Shown piece after piece: positions 1-12,134 of a DNA stretch of 64,000 nt. The notes below the pieces were generated by a model that was given only the letters and a program-made list of their open reading frames with translations, was not told the DNA's origin and ran no database searches. Made by a program: the position numbers and the translations under genes. Source of the stretch: Albugo candida (Eukaryota); assembly GCA_040437565.1 (NCBI GenBank), contig JBDOQK010000017.1, forward strand, positions 1-64,000. Reading direction: 5' to 3'. Within the stretch, counting starts at the first letter, position 1. Each line of letters begins with the position of its first letter.

Positions 1-400
1 AACATTGGAGTCCCAAAAGATTATCTTCTTTACAGAAATTAAGCATTGTTTCCACCTTTCGGCTGGCATCAACCTTTTGCTGCACAAGCTTAGGTGAGAA
101 AGTAAAGATTAGTAGTATGTCGATATCGTTTTGAATAGAATCTTCGAATGCCGTTCCGTAGTGCTGTTTCCTCATCTCCAGCTATGAGTGCCCTAAAAAC
201 GAGGTTATGTTATGAAACACCAAGCACATGTGGTGGACGTTTTGGCATGGAATGCTACTGCCACTTTGAAGAGAAGCGTCTATGAGAAAGCAAGATTGGC
301 ATTACCCAACGGAAATGCGAAGAGGCATGAGGAGAAAGTATTCGCACACAGAAAGAGGAGCCTTCTTATCATCCAAACACTCCATCAGAGAGAGATATTT
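1..400 (-). pseudogene. Decayed CxxC-motif (CHxC/CCG-like) secreted-protein gene, copy 1, running off the window edge
   Basis: Minus strand reads EYFLLMPLRISVG*CQSCFLIDASLQSG..., a hydrophobic stretch followed by CxxC with in-frame stops; diverged paralogue at 962-1305. Confidence 0.3.
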
Positions 401-961
401 ATATATAATGCTTTGTTATCTGGATTACATATGTTAGCTAGACATGACAACTTTCAGCCCTTTTGTCTTGATTTGCTTGATAATCTCGTCAATANNNNNN
501 NNNNNNNNNNNNNNNNNNNNNNNNNNNNNNNNNNNNNNNNNNNNNNNNNNNNNNNNNNNNNNNNNNNNNNNNNNNNNNNNNNNNNNNNNNNNNNGTTATG
601 TTATGAAACACCAAGCACATGTGGTGGACGTTTTGGCATGGAATGCTACTGCCACTTTGAAGAGAAGCGTCTATGAGAAAGCAAGATTGGCATTACCCAA
701 CGGAAATGCGAAGAGGCATGAGGAGAAAGTATTCGCACACAGAAAGAGGAGCCTTCTTATCATCCAAACACTCCATCAGAGAGAGATATTTATATATAAT
801 GCTTTGTTATCTGGATTACATATGTTAGCTAGACATGACAACTTTCAGCCCTTTTGTCTTGATTTGCTTGATAATCTCGTCAATACAATACAAAACCTTA
901 GAAACGCCTCATGTTTAGAAGGCTGAACGCTTTCTCCGAGAGAATAGCTAGTATGTTCGCC

Positions 962-1305
962 AACATTGGACTCCCGAAAGATTATCTTCCTCAAGATTTA
1001 TATACTTGTTTCTACCTTTCGTGTGGTATCAACTTTTTGCTGCATAATCTTAGGTGAGAAAGTACAGATTAGTAGTATTTCGATATCGTATGGAAGCGAA
1101 TCTTCTAATACCGCTCCGCAGTGCTGTTTTCTAGGTTTCCAGGATTTCTATAAAATCGACGTATGCTATATAACGCCAACCACATATGGCGGACTTTGTC
1201 GATCGGATTTTTACTCCCACTGTGAATAGAAGCTTCGATGAAAAAAAAATTGACATTATTCGACGGAGAAGCGAAAGAAGGATGAGGTTAAAGTAGTCGC
1301 ATAAA
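962..1305 (-). repeat. Diverged tandem paralogue of 1-345
   Basis: aacattggactcccgaaagattatcttc at 962 vs aacattggagtcccaaaagattatcttc at 1; collinear but not identical, so a real duplication rather than a gap artefact. Confidence 0.75.
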
Positions 1306-1309
1306 CAAT

Positions 1310-4300
1310 AACGTTTTGAATTGCCTAGTCGTATGTTGCTTGATCAAATAACCGGCCAAATGGCACTTTGTACTAATGTGCGTCACTTCAATACAGCTGA
1401 ACTCCACTTGCTCACGGACGAGTTAAGGACGAAGGTCTATGTGCTGTACCCAAATATGATATCCAAAATACTTTGCAGTAGCAATGGCACTATGATTGTC
1501 GTTATACACAGTAATATCGATCTGCTCAATTCTCAACTCTTCCTGAAGACTCTTGGTACAAATGACATAGTGGAGAGAAAGAGTTACAGCAATGTATGAT
1601 TCTTCGACGGTACCTAAGCAACAACTCTTTGTTATCTTGATCTGGAAATTTTAGATGATCCATTCATCATAAACATGATAACTGACGTAGATCGACGGTT
1701 CCTTTTTGATGCAGCCCAACCCTCGTCGCTATGCGCACAAATCTGTACATCTGGGCCAGATGGAACCCAAATGTTATTCTTTCTAGATTCTTCTAGATAT
1801 CGGAGAACTCATATTGCTTCATTAAAGTGTTCCTCGATTGGATTCTGGGTATGTTGAATAAGATGACATAGAGCAAATGAAGTATCAGGTCTTCTCCCAT
1901 TCGCATTGCAAAGTAATGATCCAACCTACGACCAAAGAGGCCGCTTTTCGTCCGTGGGTCTCTGGTCTCGCTTTTTGTCACTGACTGAGGCAGAACTGCT
2001 AGGTTGTATACTGGTTTCGAGTCAACTCGATTGAACTTATCAATCATTCTAGAAATGCATGCTTCCTTCAAGATCTTCATCACTCTATTACTTCCCTATA
2101 CGCAGCTTCCATGCCAAGGATGTATATAACTTTACCCGATATCTTGAGTGAAAAGTGTTTCTTCAATTTCAACGTGATTTTGTAAATCACATCCGAACTT
2201 CTTCCTCCCACCAGCATACCATCAAAATAAAATACAACTTAATTGGGGTCATGTTACGCTTGTCAAGAAAAGATGCCAGAATCCAGCTTGCATCGATGAA
2301 CTCTAGCTTTATCTCATGATATATTCGTGTTAAACATGGACCATGTGACACCTGCTTGCTTTAGGACTAATAAACCTTCGTTCAACTTGTAAACGAAGTT
2401 CAGGTAACAGATTATCCTCCCGGGGGCTAAATGAATACATCTTCTTCCATACTTCCATTGGAAAAATGCCGTATCCAGATCATATTGCGGCACATGATAG
2501 ACTTGGTGATAGAACAAAGCCGAAAATACAAAAAATAATGCAAAATCGCAACAAGAGAGCACGTCACAAACTAGTCGACACCTGAAATTTGTCGATAGCT
2601 AATTGCAAGAAGTCTTGCCTCAAAACGGTGTATGTCTCTTTTTTACTCATCTAGATGAAATTACCCACTTATTGCTCAGCATTTTCTTACTTGGTGAGCG
2701 TTTTACTACGTTCCAAGTTAACTTTTCCTCATACCAATTCTTCTTTGCTAGCTTTGATCCACCACCCCGCTACTGGCGATTTCGAGCGTCTTGATAGCGA
2801 TTTGGCACTTCTAATGCTGCATTGCATTTTTCAACTTCAAGTCTGGATCGTTTTTAGTGTCGTCCATTATCTCAAACAGAATCACTCTCATAAGGGACGA
2901 TTTCGCCTGAGGAACCACCGTCCCTAAACGCGAATTGCAGATTCACTCCCAAAATGTGTCGTCTATAGTGGGTAACAAATCCAAGATCTTTATCACCAAA
3001 TTTTATCTCCCTTAACACCATATTCGAATTCGAGAAATTAGCTGTTAAAGCAGTATATCCAATATCCATGCCATGCCTTGTGATAACATCGAGCTGCGAT
3101 GAGGATGTCGAAAACCTTTCTTTTTTCTCAACATCAACATGAAGGCTTGATACACTATGATCAACTTGTGCATCCTCATTATGATCAAAGTCAGTCCTCT
3201 TGCTATGCGTCTATCCCAGAGGCCTAAACAACACTTGGACATTTTTATTCAGTGTAGCAGTTCGCACTGCCACTAATTTGCTTGTTTTGGAATCGGTCAC
3301 TCGATAACTTCTTGTCATTTTTTACTATCCGACAAACATGCAAGCAAATCTTTTGTCATTCAGCTTTTATTTTTTTCCTTGTCAATATGTTCGTAGTCGT
3401 TAGACCCGAAAGCACAAAAGATGCGCAAATTCGGTCGACTTCCAAATGAAACTCTAAAAAGGTGTATTTGATGTTTAAACGGATCATAGAATGCTATCTG
3501 TTATATACACCGCACTATTCATTGATTCCGCCCAGCGCTGTTTGTCGATACTCTTCCATGCTAGTAAAGATTGATTCTGTTATATTAGTTTAGTGTTCAT
3601 TCTCACTGCCAAAATGTTTACTTGAGGCGAGTAAGATACATTTGTTCGATGTAAAACCTCGACGTGTACTCAAAGGCATGTAAAGTTCTTCTTGATGTAT
3701 TTTACCCCGTTTCGGTTCAAATACACTTGATTCATTTGTTTTTTTTGATTCTCCAGCAAAGCTTTATATTCCACAAATTTTTCGAGCACTTCACTTTCGA
3801 TGCGAGGAAAAATGCCACAGTATATCGTGACTAACTGTCGATAAACGTGACAACATACTCTGACCCCTGTGTGTTTGTTCTGTATGGGACCCAATGCGTC
3901 GCTGTGTACAAGTTCAAGAACTCCTCATATCTTTATCTCACTATTCTTTGATTTTCGGAACGATTCCACATTCATTTTTTCATTTATACATACTACACAT
4001 ATGTGATGATAATCATCTCGATTAATTTGCAAATTCATTTCATCGACAGATTTTCTGACGCTTAATATTACAAATATTGTTCCGCATTCGCTTGAATGGC
4101 ATTCACCACTTTTATTGAACATCGCAATGCTTACAGCTTGCCTCTTTTCTTGCTATTTGTCACCGTTGAACGTTTGCCATGATAGTACACCAGCGTCCTC
4201 CGAATTAGACTTTGAGTACTCTTGACACCAAAGCTGATACTGACAGCAGTCGTTAATCAATGCCTGGTACTAACAACACATCATAGAGTTGTACTGGCGT

Positions 4301-5100
4301 TCAAATTTCCATTTTAATAGGAACGGTTCCAGATGTCGTCACAGTTACTTGAAGGCCATTTGCCACAGTGGTTTGTGTCTGTGATTTGAGTAGATTGAGA
4401 TGCGTTTATTGTTATCAAATGGACTCATATGGATGCATGAATCACTATCGAGGAATCAATTCATGCCAGACTTGTCGGTTGGCGCCATAAATGTATGCAC
4501 TCTACTCGATTGTCGACTTAGCTGTGTCGATTTAGACGACAATCGAAATTTCTATGACCTGTTCGCATGCGACCAAAAAAACACTTCCGACCAAACTTTT
4601 GTGCTATCTCATCTTACTGTTCATAGCTTTCTCGATTGTTTTTATAAAACTTCTCAGTTCCTCTCAAGGCAAGTTTTTGGACTCTTTCTGTTGCAACGAT
4701 TCATAATCTCGCTTGATCATCTCCTTCGCGCCCATCTTATCCGTGTTTGATATAGTTTTGATATTCTCCAGGATTGCGTCGTATTGATCAAATAAGACTG
4801 GTCAAGACAGTATTAGGTCCATTTGTTGATCTTGATCCATGCTTTCTCCAGTCGCAGCCATTCCTGTACGAATCTCCTCAAATTTTATGTGGTCTCCCAA
4901 CGCGTATCCTTCCTTTTCTTTCCTAGATTAATGCACTAGTCATCTTATTTCTATACGGTTGAGCGTGTTTCGCCAAACAAAACGGTTCTTGGATTTCCGA
5001 CGTTTTTGTACTTGTTCGGGAAAGGTTACACAGAAACTCTTGATAGGTACAACACTGACAATAACACATTCACCGTCGCATCATTTCTATTTCTCCAATG
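1310..5100 (-). mobile_element. Degenerate Ty1/copia retrotransposon (gag-INT-RT-RNaseH)
   Basis: Minus-strand remnants: RNase H HIDLR and NHSAIAT (1380-1510), RT fragments (1790-2700), integrase-like EVLEKFVEYKALLENQ (3670-3900); copia domain order; many stops. Confidence 0.75.
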
Positions 5101-5299
5101 TTGCATCCATGCCAACATTTAACTATACTCTTTTAATTAGATTGGATGTCCCGATCGCTTGCTCGACGGATTTGCTTGTCAGGTTAGCATTTATTCAGAC
5201 ATTTCTCGCTAACGTAAACCATTTCGATTGGTTTACTTGCAAGCAAAGATAACTTCCCCTGACGCTTTATTCTAATTATTGGCTTCGGGAATTTTCTTT

Positions 5300-6350
5300 T
5301 CTCTTAACTTGTCTTCATAAACATTACACTAAAGTCGAAACTGATTGTATTTTCCGCTGTAGATAGGATACATATGATATCGTACAATACCTATTTTTAT
5401 ATTCTTGACGATTTGACACGGAGAGTATTATTTTGAACTGTTTGAATGAGTTTACGATTCCCATAGGAGGTCATGTGATACGTCCCAATGCTTGATATTC
5501 CTAAAATTTGTTCCGCTTTGTTGACATGTGGCAAGTAGCTTAGTATCTAGTATCCTTATACCTGATCATTCCCTGCATTTCATAGATACATGTTCACCAA
5601 AAATCCGGGCGATCTTATTCCGTCATGACCAAAAATGAACCTCCAGATATCCAATTTGTTACAATGAAACATTTGATCGAGGATTTTATCCTGAAGGCGA
5701 CATATCATAAATAAAATATCTTGGCCTCGTTACATATAAATAATTTGAATTTTCCTAATTGTTGAAGCCTTTTTTCGTATTTTTCTGATAAAAACTTCCT
5801 TCTATATTTTGTTGCTCGTCATGCAGCTATAGCAGGCACTTTTTTCTTTGAATGGTTTTGAACCTAATCAATTATGTGTACCCATGTAAAAAGGAACCAG
5901 CTTGAATGTTAATATTTTCCTTCATAAAGGTCTACACCCATACTTCATACAGTTTCAGTTCTATAAATAGCTTCTCATCATGACTGATAACACCACCGAT
6001 TGATTCTGCTGACATTCACAGCTCATCAAATATCCGTAAAAGACGCATAATATCAGCATGGTTTAACGTCGAAAATCCGTGAAATTCGCCTATTTTCTGA
6101 CTCGGTTATGTGTACTTCGGCAGAGAAATAAGCCATGTACTATAGTTTTTGCATCACCGCTGCAGTCACATTCTTTCCATACCTTGGATGTTGGCCTTTC
6201 GTGTCACCGATTTTGTTACATAAGCTTTCATATCTGCCACTCTAGTGCCACTCCTTGATCCTCTTGCTATTGTGTCTGAAATCCATCAATAGTTCCGAAA
6301 AAACTTGTCTTATTTACTCAAGACTAACATGGAACTCCCACATGATATGC
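5300..6350 (-). mobile_element. Highly decayed gypsy-type integrase remnant
   Basis: DMKAYVTK resembles the H2C2 zinc-binding region; FGHDG..PG and YLPH resemble HG.P and YHPQ motifs of the rve core. Confidence 0.4.
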
Positions 6351-6649
6351 AATCCTCCTCGAGAAAACTGGTGCTTCCGCTGGATATAGTGTTGGATGTT
6401 CTAGTCACCAGAAAATTTTTTAACGTTATAACCTAATCGCACTCGTTGTATATTATTTCATCAAAATCAGGAGTTAATACTTTAGTACTTCACTCACTAT
6501 CAGCAAGTCTGGGCATTTATCTCTATTAATCTGCTATAGCCAATACTTACGTTATTAATACGAGTAATTTGTAGGAATGTCCAGAATGATACTGAATAAT
6601 CAACTGTTTTCTATACCAACTAAAAGGCACGGATGAGCTTTCCATGCAG

Positions 6650-8230
6650 CATTTCGTGGAAAAGTTGTATGTAATTTTATTATACGAGGATCCAGCATCA
6701 TCTCAATAGTATTCTACAAGGTATTCTGCACAAGTGTCATCATTGTCACTTGGCCCTTAGCTAAAACATTCGAAATATAGCATCAGAGCAGGATGTATAG
6801 ATGATCCAAAATAAAGTGCAAGTAGAGGAAACAACGAGAACATTTAATAATCCTTCTTTCGAGCAGCACGAAAGATTTTATCATCAAGATGAACTGCGTT
6901 GGAATAGGGGCAGAATTCCTCGCCCTTGAACTATCGTTAACGAGCACGCGATTTCTTCAGCCTGAATGGAGGTTGCCATGGGGGGAAACCTGTGATGACA
7001 TTTCTTTTCTACAGGTATCGACAATCATCTTATATCTCGTGTTTGTAAAATGCGCAACATCACTTCCCTTCCGGTCTTAAGGCATACACAACCATTTTAT
7101 AGGTACTATCGGACGCCCGCCCTGCGCTGTTGCAAAAATTCTTCTTTATATCGGGTAAAGCGAGTGGATAACACGCAACTCTTTACATGCTTTCGCGAGG
7201 TGCCTACCAAACTGATCGCATCATCTTGACTCTTGCAAACTCGCTTCGCAATACAAATATGAAAAAAAGACGCGTAAAAACGTTTTTCTGATCTTTCAAT
7301 AGTCGACAGCTTTCTTATCACTCTGATAGCGGGGCAATGTATTTCCCATTTTAAAAGGTAATGAGTGGTTGCTATTACGGTTTTGCAAGAAGAGCCGATA
7401 AATGTTCGAAATCCACAGCCTAAAGACGACGTGAAACATTCGTTTCCTTTATTCGAATAGGTCATTTCTTATGTTGGAGCTGATTGTATTCGAGCTCACT
7501 ACAAATTCAGCAAGAAAGATTCGTCATTCGTACTGTAGAAAATTTTACTTCAAGTACAGCATCTTAGGAATAGCCATAAGTTCTCTATTTAATAGTTTTG
7601 TAGTAGTTACGTCTAAAATTGGCGATTTACTCAGAGGGAAAAAATTGGGAAGTCTTTCTGAAGTCTACGAGTATGCTCAATCAGAGCAGATAGTGGATCC
7701 AAGAACTTTCTACAATAAAAATGCATTTCATGGATTTGTACAGCTTACTATGTGCTAGAAAAAGGCCGAACATAAGTGCTTAAGGCCAATATACATTACA
7801 AAGTGGTTGCTATGTACTAGCTTCTAGATCAGCGAGTCTTGTTCTATCCAAATAGCGGACGATCTGGAATTTAACTCACTCCTATCAACTAATAATCTTT
7901 CTCTTGAAGTTTTAAGAAACCACAGCAGCTTATCGCAGCACAAATTCATGGATTGTTTCAAAGAGCAGGTTCAAGATTCGGCAGCGAAAGAATATATAGC
8001 CTAAAGTTCCTGGAGTATTCGATAATCTATGATTGTTACTGGGTCTGCATGCTTCAATTGTATTGCCACAGAAACTTGTTCTATGAAGCGGCATATTCAA
8101 ATGCATTCCAGTACACAATGGCTACGATTCACTTTTGGTTGTTGGGTTGACTCCCTACCTCGTTCATCTCCAAAGAGTCATAATCTGACTACTTATCAAT
8201 CCGCTTTTTCAACAACCTCCAACTGAACAC
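6650..8230 (+). pseudogene. Possible decayed CxxC-module gene
   Basis: Plus-strand fragments HKCHHCHLAL (about 6730), SYCRKFY (about 7530) and SACFNCIATE (about 8045), separated by frameshifts and stops. Confidence 0.3.
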
Positions 8231-8999
8231 CTTGTTAATTAAGCTCGAACATGACATTCATTGGGCGAAAAACGCGGTTGGGTCAAATTGAACGCATGTG
8301 CTCTCTAGGTGTCCCAAATGATCAAAGCTTTCTTTTTTCGACCGCCTACGGTCAATCAACTCTCTCCTTCGCGTTATACTGAAGTTTGGAGTCAGAGTCC
8401 CTGAAGTAGAAAAAGCTTCTGGAGAAAACCTGAATGATTTGAGGAAGAGTTTCCGCAGAATCTTTTTGGGAAGGTCACAGTGTAGGACGTAGATGTAGAT
8501 ATATGTAACTGTAATTTTTATTGACAATGTAAGTCGAACAAAGGGTATGCGATTGCTGATCATTCAAAACAATGAACAAGGCTTGGGCGTAGCTATCTCA
8601 GTTCTTTCTATGACACAAGTCGAGTGACGTCAACTTGATTGAAAGAGAAACGTCTAATTGAACAAAGATCGGATTAAGGGAATAGCGAATCCAATCTGTA
8701 CATTTTCCTCAGTGCCTTACATCATCTGTAAATAATCCATAGTGGGCTTTCACAAGGAGGATGTATGACGCAATTGGTGATTGTCATGGGATTATAGTCT
8801 CAGAGGTACAAAATTTCAGATGGCATTCAACTACAAGAATTCAGCGTGGGAAGCAACCTCTTCTTATCAAACACAGCTTCCTTGAGATATTGCAAGGCAT
8901 TCAATGGGGATCCAATTTCAATTACCAAATACTACCGAAACCTCCCAATACCCTATATGCCGTTTCTCTCCAATTGACAATCATGGAGCGGAACAGCTG

Positions 9000-11060
9000 T
9001 TAACAGCGAAAATAGAATCACGATTACACATCTTCAAATACCCAATCTTTTAAAATACTCATAAGCATTTCTCTCAGACAAAGAAACTTTTATTTGAGAC
9101 CAAAGTCCTCCGTTATCCGAATATACTGGATTTGTATCAGAAATTTATGGCACAAGCACTGTTATCATCAGCTTCCCCTGACGAACTCGGTATCACGCAT
9201 ACTACTATCCCCGACAACTTCGACTGCACAAAGCTACAATAAAAAGATGAGATACCGGAGGCCTTTCTCGCAATCAACGCTTCGTACTCGTCCAATTAGT
9301 GGCAATGACATTGTTAGCCGTTCGACGGAAGTGCAAGGTGCTTAGAAAACTTCATTTGACTTAACAATTATGAGCCTAGAAATGTACATATGCACGGAAA
9401 AAAATGTGCCAGATTGTGTGACGGCTGATATCACGAGTATGAACAATTAGTTTCATATGTGACCAAAATAGGCGCGTAAGTGGAAGCTCGATTTAAAGTT
9501 CCAAAGTTGTCAGAAGCTTTCTTTATGCCCAGTTTCATCATTTTTATCTCAGTGAACTCAACGTCGGTAGATGCAGCATGGCGTCACCCATCTCTCACGA
9601 TTCACGATATCAGCGCATCTTTTATTTGACCACTCAAGGATAACCACGCACCAGGTGCAGATCATATCTCAACAGACTTACGAATTATAGTCCCTCACTT
9701 GTTACCCATCTCCTCCAGGAAGCAACGTTACATCATGTTCAGAAACTCTTTATCTCCATCCTAATCTTGGAAGCCTATGTCATGAGGTCATCACCACCAT
9801 TCCAATCACCAACAAACCGTCGAACAGCTGCATCAATCTTCTATCGATCACCCTTATCAGTCTCACTTTTAGGTCCACATCCAAAGTCTTTTTAAATCGC
9901 ATACAGTATCCAATCAAACAGCATGTCGACCTGCCCGCAACACAGAGGTTAGGCTGTGGGACCATCGGTGTATTATATCGCCTTGACGCGTCGCTTCCAG
10001 GAAAATGCGTACATTCACGTGATCGCTCTCAGAAAGTCTTTGACACTATTGATTAACGTAAATTTCTCCTAGCTCTCGGCTTGATTTTGGACCCAGACGG
10101 AGTCCAACTTGAAAAATGCTCATCAGCGCCATTACCATCCATCTTCATCTTAGTCTGACGTCCTACCCAGCATTCGCCGATAATCATGGTACATCAAAGG
10201 GAGATAGCATCATCGCAGTTTTGTTCGTGGCATACTTGGAAGTGTTACTTTGGTTATTCAACGTGCGAGCTCTGCAATATTGTTTTTGCTAATTCTGTCG
10301 ACTTCAGTCACCACTCTCTGATCGCCTTGAGCATATACATCTTGTTGCGAGCATATATTTCGGCCATGATCCTTGACAATTAATGTGTGCTAAATTGAGA
10401 GAAAGACTACTGTATCGATCAGCAAGCACAGCCAATAAACCTTGATAAAACGTTTGCAAATGATATAAGTACTTAACGGCTCTGAAGACGTACAGAGGCC
10501 CAAGTCTCATGCAATAGTAGCTTTCAAACCGTTATGCAACTCTGGATCTATCCTCATCTTCTGCTGGAATCCCTACGCTTTCGCTGGTACAATGTAATTG
10601 TGATAGATGCTCTTCTTTAAAAGACTATAGCGCAAGCATACACTGGCATTGGTAGTCTTGAATCATTTCACAACCGTCGTATCTACGACGTCTTCCATAT
10701 TCACTATTTTCAACAAATTGGCAACGACGATCTATACGAGTTCTGCGGAGCGAAATACTCCGTACCCATCATTTAAAGTCTCTATGTAAGGTGCCTGGTC
10801 ACATTCTTCACGTTTCACCGCCGATTCTAGCTCAAATGAACATTCCCCGATACTATAACTCCGCCAAAAAGCCCCGCTTATCTAGTAGTGCACCATCTTC
10901 CTTCTAGCGATCTCGAAAAATATCTGCAACGCGATAGAATTTTCACATTGCATAAGACCAATCGAAATGGATAGTCCTTACCCAAATCCTCAGCAATATC
11001 CCCAAACTAGTCTACCGAAACTAGTCTACCGGATTGAAGTAACTTTTGCTGTAAGCGAAA
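9000..11060 (-). mobile_element. Decayed gypsy pol (RT/RNase H/integrase)
   Basis: AVKYLYHLQTF...LADRYSSL (10304-10510) resembles gypsy RNase H AVKHFRxYL...TDH.SL; TSESVGIPA resembles TDAS..GIGA. Confidence 0.45.
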
Positions 11061-11199
11061 GCTAAAGATTACTGGTACGGACTAAAACCGTACCTATGAN
11101 NNNNNNNNNNNNNNNNNNNNNNNNNNNNNNNNNNNNNNNNNNNNNNNNNNNNNNNNNNNNNNNNNNNNNNNNNNNNNNNNNNNNNNNNNNNNNNNNNNN

Positions 11200-11295
11200 C
11201 TGAAAAATAGCTGGAATGAGGCTCGAGATCAGTTTGGAGTGTATGTGACACATTCCTTTCTTGGGGACAAGAAAAAACTTCGTGGGTCGCACTGA
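11200..11295 (+). CDS. 3' end of an unidentified gene truncated by an assembly gap
   Basis: Open frame LKNSWNEARDQFGVYVTHSFLGDKKKLRGSH* begins directly at the gap; short, so it could be chance. Confidence 0.25.
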   Translation: MKNSWNEARDQFGVYVTHSFLGDKKKLRGSH

Positions 11296-12134
11296 CATAC
11301 GATCAAGATGATTTGAGACAATATTAGTCAGATTCTATCACTTACCAACCTAGTCAAAGCAAATGGCTAGTTGTTTCTCTTGTTGCTTTCACGCAAGTTG
11401 TGATATATGCCATTTGATTCATCAGAATCAAACGCGTCAACACTGAAGACAAAACAGTTTAATGACAAAGGAAGATTATTGCTTAGTATTTAGTCAACTA
11501 AGATGTGGAATTCGACCGCATCTAAAATCTACTATACATACTACATGATTTATTCTCTTCGTCCGTCCCAATTTTCCTAGAATTACTCCTCTCATTTTTA
11601 CAAAAACCATTCATTTTGATTTTTAATCAGGAAATTTGTTCGCATGAGATAATGCCACGAAAATTCCATGCAAATGATATGTACGAGTTTCGTGTTGTTC
11701 CAGCTTTGTTGATGTATTTATTGACTGCAATAAGGTGCAACTCCCCAAGACTAATAATATTTTTACTTAGTTCAAATTGTATTAATCACCTGGAATGGAA
11801 AGCTTAGTCAATTTTTCATGCACCAAAATATAGCTTTTGAAGTGCTAAACGTTTTGCAGCAAGCAGGTTGTTCAAATCTTTTTTTTCACGGTGCTGATAC
11901 GCCTGAACGATTGACCATCTTACATGTTTTCCTAAGATCGGAAAGATTTGACATAGCCCAGGGGAAAGGTCGTACGCTGTGTGTGTAAGTCTTTTTTCGT
12001 GGCTGGAATGAAAGGAAAAAAGGCAGGCAAGGTATTCAAACAAAAGAAGAATGTCTATGTACGGTTTTTGGCCTGAAGAGAGTGGAAATGGGGCATGATA
12101 CGTATAGAAACAAACGCGTGTATATATGGCAGAG

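Noticed and set aside
204..885. Tandem duplicate and plus-strand ORFs MKHQAH...
   Set aside because: Identical sequence on both sides of a 100-N gap; the ORFs show no recognisable protein features
11004..11031. 14-bp tandem duplicate AAACTAGTCTACCG
   Set aside because: Two adjacent copies with no spacers, inside TE debris; not a CRISPR or other array
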